Of a stretch of DNA of 64,000 nt, positions 51,032-59,792 are shown piece after piece; the stretch's first letter is position 1; the number at the start of each line of letters is the position of its first letter. Below the pieces are notes generated by a model, which worked only from the letters and a program-made list of their open reading frames with translations, was not told the DNA's origin and searched no databases. Made by a program: the position numbers and the translations under genes. This DNA is from Thermoanaerobaculia bacterium (GTDB taxonomy: Bacteria; Acidobacteriota; Thermoanaerobaculia; Multivoradales; Multivoraceae): positions 1,536,001-1,600,000 of the forward strand of contig OY761158.1 in the NCBI GenBank assembly GCA_963664405.1, given 5' to 3'.

Positions 51032-52235
51032 TTATCGCCGGCTCGGCATCGCGAGCGGGCTGACCGGAGAAACTACGGTCAGGGTCTCCGTCTTGGGTCT
51101 GTAGCACACCGTAGCGCTGCAGGCTTGATAGTCGACTCTCACCGGGATCTCCATGACCTCGGGTTTGTCCTGAATGGTCCAGTTCATCACCTCGGAGGTC
51201 AGGGATACCGGGACGGCGATATCGACGACACCTTCGTAGACATCCAGCGTCACTCCCAGAGCCTCGAAGGTCTTCGGGCTGGTGGCCGGATAAGAAGGGG
51301 TCCCGACTTCGCAGTCCTGGAGTCTCGTCGATGCTCACTGTGGTTGCGAAATAGCCGTCCGGGAGGTCGCCGCTGTAGACGTGCAGGCCTTCTTCGAGCT
51401 CGAGGCGCACATAGAGCACGCTGTGATACTCGAACTTCAGCGACTCATCCGCCAAGAAGGCGGTGATCTCGACTTGGTCGTTACGCAGAGACTCGTTGGG
51501 CGCCTCTTTCGGCATCAGCACGTCGCCCAGGGCCGAATCCACGATCGACCCAGCGGAGGCCCGGCTGGCGTAGTGGCGGTAGAAGAACTTCTCGGTGACC
51601 ACGCCCGACTCATCGGTTACGTAAACGCCCGGGAAGGGCAGGCCGTACATCCTCTCCGAGTCTTCCGGAGCGATCAGCGTGTTGAGGATGCCGAACTTCT
51701 TGATCACCTCCGAATCGACATCGGAGAGGAGGTCATAGCTCAAATCGTACTGATCCACGAAGGAAGTGAGGCTGGATTGCGGGTCGTAGCTGACGCCATA
51801 GACCTTGACATTGTCTGAAGCGAGATCTTCCATTCGGTTGTGCAACTCGACCAGTTGCGTGCGGCAGTACGGTCACCAAACAACGGAACGGTAAAAGACC
51901 ACAATCGCCTTGGAGTCGCCGCGGTCCTGATGGAAGTCGACCAGCTCCCCATTCTGATTGGGGAGTGAGAACTCCGGCAGGCGCTCCCCCACTTCAGGAC
52001 CGGTGAGGAATTCCCAGGTAGCCGGATATCGCCGCCCGGGGGAGCTGACCGGCGCCCTCGGCACCGTAATGCCCAGGTCGTCGGTCTTCTCGTCGGCCGC
52101 CATGCCTTCGTGGGCGCCGCGCACTGTCACCCCGCCGTCCTGGGCCCCGGCGCCCCCGGCCGTCAAGGCGACTCCGAGAAGGAGAGCTATCAGTCCGTAG
52201 AGTCGACCACTGCTCGTCATCGATGTGTCCGTCAT
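51032..52235 (-). CDS. Secreted redoxin (AhpC/TSA-like) selenoprotein with UxxC, fused to a DsbD-N-like domain; apparent frameshift near 51310
   Basis: 51873..52235 reads through TGA (51873-51875): FYRSVVW-U-PYCRTQLVEL into the 50994..51845 frame (GVSYD, LLSD, PGVYV). After TPGLR a one-base shift gives VGTPSYP...VYEG...YQACSATVCYRP, ending at 51032. Confidence 0.8.
51840..51872 (-). promoter_or_regulatory. Putative bacterial SECIS hairpin
   Basis: After UGA on the minus strand: CCGUACUGCCGCAC-GCAACU-GGUCG-AGUUGC; perfect 6-bp stem, G-initiated loop 20 nt from UGA. Confidence 0.6.
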
Positions 52236-52810
52236 CTAGTAACTCCTCTTCCAGTTCCCTCGCTTGGCCTCGGCGACCCTAACGCCACTAGGCCGCGTTT
52301 GCGAGCTCGTCTGTAATAGCACGCGGCGAGCGGAAGCGTAATGGGCGCCTCGCCGTGCAGGAACGGACCCGGGCTGTTCTCGAGCTTCTCTTCCCAGTAC
52401 GAGTACTGGCGTCGGTACGCTTCGACGCTGGCCGGCTTGGATTCCGTGCCAACCGCTTCAGGGCCAAGTAGAAGTACAAGACCGTGAAGCCAAGCAGGAA
52501 GTGGTGCAAGAGTCGGCGCCGCAGCTGCGGAACTCCGTCTCGCACCAAGCTCCATCGGTGCCAGAAGTGCGCGGCGCTATCGACGCGGTGGATCCCCCCG
52601 CGAAGCGCTCGACTCAAGCCGAGCATCTCCTCGCTAGAAACCGCCTGAAAACCGAGCGCGCGCAGAATGGACTCGGACTGCAGGAGCCACGGTCCGCCGT
52701 CCAGACTCGCGGCCGGCATCAAGATTCCGCTGTTCCGAAACACGGAGAGCGGCGGAACGAGGGCCACGGTGTGCGGAATCCCGCGCTCGTGGATTCCCAA
52801 AAGGACCGTT
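52232..52810 (-). pseudogene. Glutathione S-transferase-like remnant (5' truncated, frameshifted)
   Basis: VLLGIHERGIPHT...MPAASLDGGPWLLQSESIL (GST-N-like) and, in another frame, YWEEKLENSPGPFLHGEAP (GST-C-like). Confidence 0.55.
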
Positions 52811-52839
52811 GCTCCTCCGCCGAGCGGCGGCCTTCCCCT

Positions 52840-53105
52840 TATGGCAGGAAGGTCGGCTCCAGCGAGAAACTTTCGGGGCCTTCTCAGGGTTCACTCACGT
52901 TGCGGCCTGCACCTTTGCCCTCTGGACTTTCTCCAGATATTCCGGAGGCTTCAGCCGATCGGTCACCCGATTCGACTGCTCCGGCGGCTACCGGGGTGTA
53001 CCGACAACTCCCCGGGCGCGACTCTCACCCGCCGGCCTTCGAGACCCAGAGGTCTCCTATCTCTGTCTTTCGATCAGATCATCAGATTCCTCCTTCGTGT
53101 CGCAC
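52840..53105 (-). mobile_element. Group II intron 5' fragment (domain I), no RT ORF
   Basis: Minus strand starts GTGCGACACGAAGG at 53105. Plus-strand blocks GTTCACTCACGTTGCGGCCTG, CCGGAGGCTTCAGCCG, GACTGCTCCG..GCTACCGG, CCCGGGCGCGACTCTCACCCGC match the reverse complement of bacterial group II intron domain I as I recall it. Confidence 0.75.
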
Positions 53106-53304
53106 TGCCAGCCGACTATTTCAGGGAGGCGCCGGCTCGGGCTCGCTAACTCGGTCCCGCGGTGAGCCTGGATCCCTCGAGACTGCGGAGAACAGCCGGT
53201 TCCAAGCACTCTGTACTTTCCGCGATCACCTAGGGGTCACCAATCTGGCGGTGGGAGGCGGCCTCCGCGCACCCAGTCGCCACTGTCCCCCTCACCGTCG
53301 CCAC

Positions 53305-53356
53305 CATCATCGCCATTGTCATTGCCATCATCGCCATTGTCATTGCCATCATCGCC
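53305..53356. repeat. 21-bp tandem repeat (~2.4 copies)
   Basis: CATCATCGCCATTGTCATTGC repeated; minus strand reads DGDDGNDNGDDGNDNGDDGGDG. Confidence 0.8.
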
Positions 53357-53367
53357 GTCGTTGGGGT

Positions 53368-54493
53368 TGTGGGGGGCGAAAACCCAACTGTCCTAGGCCG
53401 CGAGTCGTCGACGGTATCGATGGTGTAATCCACCGACCAGCGGGAACGCGATTACGTCGCCCATCTCGGGCGGCTCGACGCACGGGGCACGGGACAGTCG
53501 TTCTCCAGCGACTGGTGAGTGCGCGTATCATGGTAGTAGGCGACGTAGCTGCGGAGAACTCGGCGGTGATGCTGCTCATTGAGGACCACAAGACATGGTC
53601 GAGGCACTCACGACGCATGGAGCCAATCAGCCGTTCGCAGAACGGATTCTGCCAGGGTGAGTGGGGCGCAGTCTTGACCTCTTCGATACCGATCGACTCG
53701 ATGCATCTGGCGAACTCCCCCGAGGAACTTCGTGTCGTTGCCACGGAGTAAGTAACGAGGAGCGGTGTCGTAGGGAAACGCCTCGAGGAGTTGCTGAGCG
53801 GTCCAGGCGCTGGACGGCGAGTCGGTTACGTTTGAGTGGATGATTCTGCGGCGGTCGTGCGACATGATGATCAGGACGTATAGGACTCGAAACGTCGCCG
53901 TCGGCACGGTAAAGAAATCGATGGCTACCAGGTCCTCGACGTGATTGTCGAGGAAGGCTCGCCAGGTTTGCGACGGTGGCGTTTGCCGCTTTGGCTTGTA
54001 CGTGGCGACGGTGGAATCGCTAACGCTGATGCCGAGCTTGGCGAGTTCAGACTGAATTCGCCGCTTGCCCCAAGTCGGATTGACGTTCCAAATGTCGCGG
54101 ATCAGCTTGCGCTGCTCGGGAGCGATCCTCGGTCGGCCTCCCTTGGGTCGGCTTTTCCGGCGCCAGTAGTACCTGAATCCAGCGCGATGCCCGTTGATGA
54201 TGGTGGCAGGTTGGACCAGTTGGAGCCCATCGCGCCAGTTGGGCCACACATGCTCCAGGCAGATCCAAAAGAGTCGGTCATGGTCTTCGAGTTGCGGCTT
54301 GGTCGACCGGCGATGGAGTACTGCGAGTTGGTGGCGAAGCGCGAGGTTCTCTAGCGCCAGATCGCACCTCGGCCGGAGACTCGACACGGCACTGCGAACG
54401 ATGGTTCGGAGTAGTTCCCACATAGGATGCCGACTCTACCGACCGGTACGGAAGGTGAGTGACTTCGGGGCGGACGGGTATTCGCCCCCCACA
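53368..54493 (-). mobile_element. Decayed IS481-like (rve integrase-core) element
   Basis: Terminal IRs TGTGGGGGGCGAAAACCC / TGTGGGGGGCGAATACCC; transposase inside; no target duplication visible. Confidence 0.8.
53393..54423 (-). pseudogene. Integrase-core transposase, frameshifted
   Basis: LENLALRHQL; NPTWG..RIQSELAKLG; QTWRAFL; AIDFFTVPT; frame changes near YLLR; SPWQNPFCERLIGSMRRECLDH; terminal GGLHHRY. Confidence 0.85.
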
Positions 54494-54587
54494 AGCGGCT
54501 CCGCCTCAGCTGGAGCGGTGGACCGGCGCCGCTCAGTCGTGTGTTCTCGATGCGTGCGGAGTAGCCGCCGGCGGGTGCGCTTCGCCG

Positions 54588-57173
54588 TCAATCCTTGTAG
54601 AAAGGCCACAAAGCGGTGAACTCTTCTTCGCCCATCGCGACTTCGCCGACCAACTCGATCAGCGTCTCACGGGAGATGTCCGTATTGCCCTTCATGGCTT
54701 GGATGCGCGCGCGCAGAAGGCCCTTCATGATCAGGACCTCTCGCCTCAGACGCTCGAGATTCTCCGCGCTTCGATCCGGATCACGGACCAGGCTCTCGAC
54801 GGACTCGAGGTGCAACTCGAACATCTCCAGATTGGCGGCGAAGATCTCACGGGTCACTGGAGGGCGGCGAAGGATGGCGTACTCGAGGTAGGGCCTGTTG
54901 TCCGAGTTCTCGGGTACATCCGGCCCAACGATCAGATCGAGAGCGTCGGGTCCAGCTACGAAAGTGGAGAGCAGGCGCCACACATCCGGATTGCCGATCA
55001 TCTTCAGATTGGCGCTGACTCCCGGCTGCTGCAGTCGCTCCTCCATCTGTCGAATATCGATCACCAGCGGCTCTTCGCGCCGGCCCATGAGCAGCACAGA
55101 CGTTCCGTCATACCAGAGGGAGCTTTCGGGAAAGACGTTCAGAAACCCTCTCATGATGACCCGGAGGTGCTCGGGGGAGAGGTGGAAGAGAGGCACCCAC
55201 TGCACCATGATGCCGCCAATGTCGAGGCGGTCGTAGCACAGCTGCATGAAGTCCTGGGTGTACTGGTAGACCACCGGAGGATCGGTCGGGTCTACGCTGA
55301 TGACGTCGTAGTGATGTTCTGTCGTCAGCAAGAAGTGGCGGCCGTCGTGAATCCAGAGATGGAGACGCGGATCGTTCCACGGCCGCCCATTGACCGACGC
55401 GAACAGGCGATGGGCCGGGACGACTTCGGCGACGATCTCGATGGTGTCAATCCGCTCAGGCTCCTGGTAGGAAGCCACAGCTCCCAGCGATACGCCGGCC
55501 CCAAGACCCACCAGGGCGACTCGTTTGGGATCCTCATGCAGGAGCATGGGGAGATGCGCCTTCAGAAGGAGATCCCAGATGTCGTGAAGGGAGTCCTCCG
55601 CCACTGCGACGCCGTTGACGGTCAGCGCTCGGATCTCGCCATTGGTCGCCACCCCGACGGTTCCCTCGATCCCCTCGTCGAGAAAGAGAGTTTGATCGGG
55701 CGGCAGTCGTTGGACCTGAGTGAAGCCGCCGTTGAACCAATAGATCGGTCGTCTCACCGAAGGCAGCGCGACGAGCATCATGGCGGCCAAAGCGAGAGAG
55801 GCAGAGATCATGCGCAGGCGTGGAGCTTGAACGACCATGGCCGCCAGCAGGCAGTAGATCAGGCTCAACAGCATGAGGCTGGTATTGAGTCCGAGAAAGG
55901 GGATCATCAGGAAGCCGGAGCAGAAAGAGCCCGCGATGGAGCCGATCGTGTTCCAGGCGTAGAGAACGCCGATGTCATGCCCGAGTGTGGTCACCGACCG
56001 GCTGCACCATCGAAAGAGCGACGGAAGGACCGTTCCGAAGACCGTCGCCGGGATCGCCACCACCACGAACATAGCGGCCAGCGAGAGATTCACCTTGTCC
56101 AGAGTGGTGAGTGTTTCCATCGCTCTGATGTTGTGAAACATCCATCCCAGCTTCGACTGCCCCAGGACCGAGGCCCCGAGAAGAACGGCGCTGGTGAGGA
56201 TCGAAAGAGCGACCGCCACGTCCAGCGAGCGCAGGCGATCGACCCATCGCGAGACCAGGAAGCTGCCCAGGGCAATGCCGGTCAGGAAGGCGCCCAGAAT
56301 GGTGGCGAAGGTCAGCACGTTGCCGGTCAGAAAATTGACAAAGAGTCGGGTCCAGAGAACCTCCGCGGCGAGGGTGATGAAGCCGGAGCTGAAAGCGACC
56401 GTGTAGAGAACCGTCAACCGGCTTCCGGGTAGCGAAGAGGTCAGGCCGGTGCCGTCGCTCGTGGGCAGAGGCGGAGGCTCGTCCGACCCCGCACGCTCAT
56501 CCGGACCCGACTCCGAACGTGCGCTGAGCACACAGGAGAAGACCCCCACCAGCCCGGTTATGGCGCAAGCGAGAAGCATCGTTCCGGCGACGCCCAAGCG
56601 CAGGATCAGCACATAGGCGGCCGCCAGTGATCCGAAAACAGCGCCGAGCGTGTTGAGGCCGTAGAGCAGCCCCATCCACTTGCCGATGCTTTGTGAAGAT
56701 CGGGTGACGAACTTGGCCAGAACGGGAAGAGTTCCTCCCATGAGTGTGGTGGGAGGAAGGAGGAGGACCACGGCGATCGAGAACTTGATCAGACTCGTCA
56801 GGGTGTGGGAGAGCTCCCGTCCCCGCAGGAGAGCGACCATCATTTCTTGCAGCCAGGGGATGGCGAGGACGAACAGGGTCACATAGATCGCGAGAGCGAT
56901 CTCAAGGACGCCATAGACCAGGAGTGGCCTTCGCTGACGATCGATCCAACGGCCGAGGAGGTAGCTGCCAAGCGCCAGGCCGGCCATGAAGACGGTCAGG
57001 ACGGTGCTGATGGCGTAGATCGTGGTGCCGAAGCTTAGACTCAGAACTCGCACCCAGGCCACCTGGTAGATGAGCGCCGAGAAGCCCGAGGCCGCGAAGA
57101 GCAGACACACTGCCGCGATAAGAGGTGGGCTCAGAGTCTGCGAACCGGCCGCGGAGGGTTGTTGTGTCTTCAC
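54588..57173 (-). CDS. Fused MFS-like membrane / spermidine synthase protein
   Basis: SGFSALIYQVAW; FMAGLALGS; MGGTLP; LYGLNTLG; then VALVGLGAGVS, IEIVAEV, DGRHFL, YDVISVDP, GIMVQW. Start taken at GTG 57173. Confidence 0.9.
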   Translation of the reverse strand: MKTQQPSAAGSQTLSPPLIAAVCLLFAASGFSALIYQVAWVRVLSLSFGTTIYAISTVLTVFMAGLALGSYLLGRWIDRQRRPLLVYGVLEIALAIYVTLFVLAIPWLQEMMVALLRGRELSHTLTSLIKFSIAVVLLLPPTTLMGGTLPVLAKFVTRSSQSIGKWMGLLYGLNTLGAVFGSLAAAYVLILRLGVAGTMLLACAITGLVGVFSCVLSARSESGPDERAGSDEPPPLPTSDGTGLTSSLPGSRLTVLYTVAFSSGFITLAAEVLWTRLFVNFLTGNVLTFATILGAFLTGIALGSFLVSRWVDRLRSLDVAVALSILTSAVLLGASVLGQSKLGWMFHNIRAMETLTTLDKVNLSLAAMFVVVAIPATVFGTVLPSLFRWCSRSVTTLGHDIGVLYAWNTIGSIAGSFCSGFLMIPFLGLNTSLMLLSLIYCLLAAMVVQAPRLRMISASLALAAMMLVALPSVRRPIYWFNGGFTQVQRLPPDQTLFLDEGIEGTVGVATNGEIRALTVNGVAVAEDSLHDIWDLLLKAHLPMLLHEDPKRVALVGLGAGVSLGAVASYQEPERIDTIEIVAEVVPAHRLFASVNGRPWNDPRLHLWIHDGRHFLLTTEHHYDVISVDPTDPPVVYQYTQDFMQLCYDRLDIGGIMVQWVPLFHLSPEHLRVIMRGFLNVFPESSLWYDGTSVLLMGRREEPLVIDIRQMEERLQQPGVSANLKMIGNPDVWRLLSTFVAGPDALDLIVGPDVPENSDNRPYLEYAILRRPPVTREIFAANLEMFELHLESVESLVRDPDRSAENLERLRREVLIMKGLLRARIQAMKGNTDISRETLIELVGEVAMGEEEFTALWPFYKD

Positions 57174-57186
57174 CGCAACTGTTCCC

Positions 57187-59031
57187 TCAGTGTGACGAAG
57201 CAGACATCTGGGCGAGGCGCCGCCGTGCTTCTTCTGAGCTAGGCTCGATGCCGAGCGCTTGTTCGAAGGCTTGCCGCGCGGCGGTCGGATCACCAAGCTG
57301 TTGATAGGCCCGCCCGAGACGGACGTGGAGAAGGGATCGAAAGCCGGCGGGCCAGTGCACCTGCGTCTGGTCGATGGCCCGCTGAAGAAACTTGCGGGCC
57401 TCCTCGTAGCGGCCGACTCGACCATAGTGATCGCCGAGCCGAGCGAGCGCGACGCCATTCTCTGGGTTGAGCTTCACGGCCGCCAGGTAGAGCTCGAGTG
57501 CCTCGTCTTCTCGGCCCAACTTGGCGAGGAGGTGACCGTTCGTCGCCAGGATCTCGGAGTCTTCGGGCAGCAGCTCCAGGGCTCCCTCGGAGGCTGTCAA
57601 CGCCTCCGAGGTTTTCCCCGCCCAACCCAAGGTGACGGCGAGGTTGTGGAGCGCTCTGCCCATATCAGCCGGGCCCATGAGCCGTTCCGCTCTCGAGGCG
57701 ACCCGCTTCTCGATCTCCTCCGGCAAGGGCCCGCCTTCGCTGAGACCCAGATCTCCCACTACTTCATACAGCGCCTTGGCGAGCTCGGCGTGCGCCTCGA
57801 TGTTTGGATGGAGGTGATCGAGGAAGAGCTCACTGCCGAGAATCTCCTGGCCGTGCTCGCTACGGTTGTGCAGGCGAAGAATCTCCGGGTAGTCGACGAG
57901 ATGAATCCCGTGGCCGGCCGCCACCTCGCTTACGATCACCTCGATCTCCGAAAGCGCACGCAAAGGGGCTATGTCCTCGTCCTTGGCGCGGACGAAGTAG
58001 GAGTAGGCCTCTTCTGGGCGGCCCTTCTCGAGCAGGGCGCGCCCGAGCAGGTAGAGGTTCTCCGCGTGATGGGGGTCGAGCGACTCCGCTTGCTCGAGTG
58101 CACTGAGGGCTTCGTCCGGGTTGCCTTCGGCGAGCTCCCGCCGGCCCTCCTCGAAGAGCTCGTTCCAGCGCTCGAGGGTAGATGCGCTCAACACCGAGCT
58201 CTCGCTCTTGAAGGGGCCGAAGTCCTTCAGATTGCTGGCGGGGTTGACGAGGATCACTCGCGCCCCGCTCTCTTCGGCCATGGTGACGATACGCTCGAGG
58301 CTGAATCGGTAGTGGTCGAGAACTCTCTCGCGCAGCTGCAAGTCTCTGTGGTAGGTCTCGGGGCCGTCGCGCTCGAGAATGGTGGTGACTTCTCGTGCCA
58401 TCTGCACGGAAGGCGCGGGCGGAGAGACGATCGCTTCCCGTGCCGCCTGCATGAAGGAATAGAGGCGCGAACGTGAGGCCAGGCCGACGGCGGTCGAAAA
58501 AGAGCTCGACCAGTCGCGAACCTCGGAGTAGCTACGCTCTTCGAGAAACTCGTTGTGTCCCGTGTACACGATCACCAGGTCCGGCGTGTACTGCCTGAGC
58601 TCCTCCATCAGGAGGGCTAAACGGTAGCTTGCGTAAGAGATACCACCGGCATTGATGATCTGCCAGTCGATGGCAGGATCCGCCTCTTCGAGGTAGGCCT
58701 CCAGGAACGCAGGGTAGGCGGTCCGACTGTCATAGGGCCGGCCGTAGGTGGTCGAGCCGCCGATACAAAAGGCTCGGAGAGAGCTCTTCTCTTTATGCAC
58801 CGGGAAAGTTTGAAAGTTGAAGAAGGCGAGTTTTCTGGGATCGGTGACGTAGTCGTCGCCGTCCCGTGCGAACAGAGAGACACCGGGCCGGAAGCCAACG
58901 AAAGGGTCCCTTATCTGTCGTACCGGCTTGACGCCAAGCACCGTAAGAGCCAGCTCGACCACGACGAAGAAGGTCACGGTGGTGGCTACGGCAAGGGCCA
59001 GCTTCTTCCCTAAAGGCAGCTCTGCCGGCAC
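57187..59031 (-). CDS. SGNH/GDSL-like hydrolase with TPR repeats
   Basis: N-terminal TM; CIGGSTTYG; INAGGISYASYR; YTGHNEF; DHLHP; multiple TPRs. Confidence 0.88.
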   Translation of the reverse strand: MPAELPLGKKLALAVATTVTFFVVVELALTVLGVKPVRQIRDPFVGFRPGVSLFARDGDDYVTDPRKLAFFNFQTFPVHKEKSSLRAFCIGGSTTYGRPYDSRTAYPAFLEAYLEEADPAIDWQIINAGGISYASYRLALLMEELRQYTPDLVIVYTGHNEFLEERSYSEVRDWSSSFSTAVGLASRSRLYSFMQAAREAIVSPPAPSVQMAREVTTILERDGPETYHRDLQLRERVLDHYRFSLERIVTMAEESGARVILVNPASNLKDFGPFKSESSVLSASTLERWNELFEEGRRELAEGNPDEALSALEQAESLDPHHAENLYLLGRALLEKGRPEEAYSYFVRAKDEDIAPLRALSEIEVIVSEVAAGHGIHLVDYPEILRLHNRSEHGQEILGSELFLDHLHPNIEAHAELAKALYEVVGDLGLSEGGPLPEEIEKRVASRAERLMGPADMGRALHNLAVTLGWAGKTSEALTASEGALELLPEDSEILATNGHLLAKLGREDEALELYLAAVKLNPENGVALARLGDHYGRVGRYEEARKFLQRAIDQTQVHWPAGFRSLLHVRLGRAYQQLGDPTAARQAFEQALGIEPSSEEARRRLAQMSASSH

Positions 59032-59072
59032 CGCGAAAGATTAGCACGCACTACACACGAGTCCCTCCAGTC

Positions 59073-59690
59073 ATGATTGATTTTCATCAAGCTCTGAACG
59101 TCTTCGCCCCCGATCTCTTTGCCGGGCGCACCGTCGTCGTGACCGGGGGCGGCCGTGGCATCGGGCGCCGCATCGCTCTCGGTTTCGGGCGCTACGGAGC
59201 CAATGTCGTGATCGCCAGCCGAAACCCAGAGAATCTCGATCCGACTGAGCAGGAGCTGCTTTCGCTAGGCGCCGATTGCCTGGCGATGCCAACCGACATC
59301 CGCGAGATCGGGGATGTCGAGGCGCTGCTCGCGGCGAGCCTGGAGCGCTTCGGTCAGGTGGACTTCCTGATCAACAATGCGGGTGGACAGTTCCCGGCCC
59401 GCCCGACCGAGATCAGGGACGGAGGCTGGCGTGCTGTCGTCGACCTCAATCTCAACGGCACTTGGAACATGTGCTCTCGTTTCGGGCGTCATATGCTCTC
59501 GCGCGGTTTCGGTTCGATCGTCAACGTCGTCCACATCTACTCCCTCGATCGTGGCGGCCCCGATTGGGCGCACTCGGGGGCGGCACGGCGCGGGAGTCGT
59601 CAACCTGAGTAAGAGCCTCGCCTATCACTGGGCGCACCGCAATGTGACGGTCAACGCGCTGGCGCCCGGAATGGTCGAGACGCGAGAAGC
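59073..59690 (+). pseudogene. SDR (2,4-dienoyl-CoA / trans-2-enoyl-CoA reductase-like), frameshifted and truncated
   Basis: TGGGRGIG, NNAGGQF, HSGAAR; one extra base near 59590 shifts AGVVNLSKSLAYHWA...VNALAPG into another frame; SDR C-terminus missing. Confidence 0.8.
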
Positions 59691-59792
59691 CCGCCTGTGG
59701 TGCAGAGAGCCTGGGGCGGATGGTCTTCTAGGGCGACCGTGGACGACACCACCACTTCGAAACGTACGCAAAGCGCGCTATCCTGATTGCCA

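Noticed and set aside
46362-52235. Alternative genetic code (UGA reassigned genome-wide)
   Set aside because: Many genes in the window end normally at TGA (e.g. gtdA, JmjC, Kelch); read-through is suggested only at redox motifs.
53281-53360. His/Cys-rich metal-binding peptide (HHHRHCHCHHRHCHCHH) in ORF 52501..53751, or a CRISPR-like repeat
   Set aside because: Simple 21-bp tandem repeat without spacers; the plus-strand ORF crosses an intron remnant and an IS end, so it is spurious.
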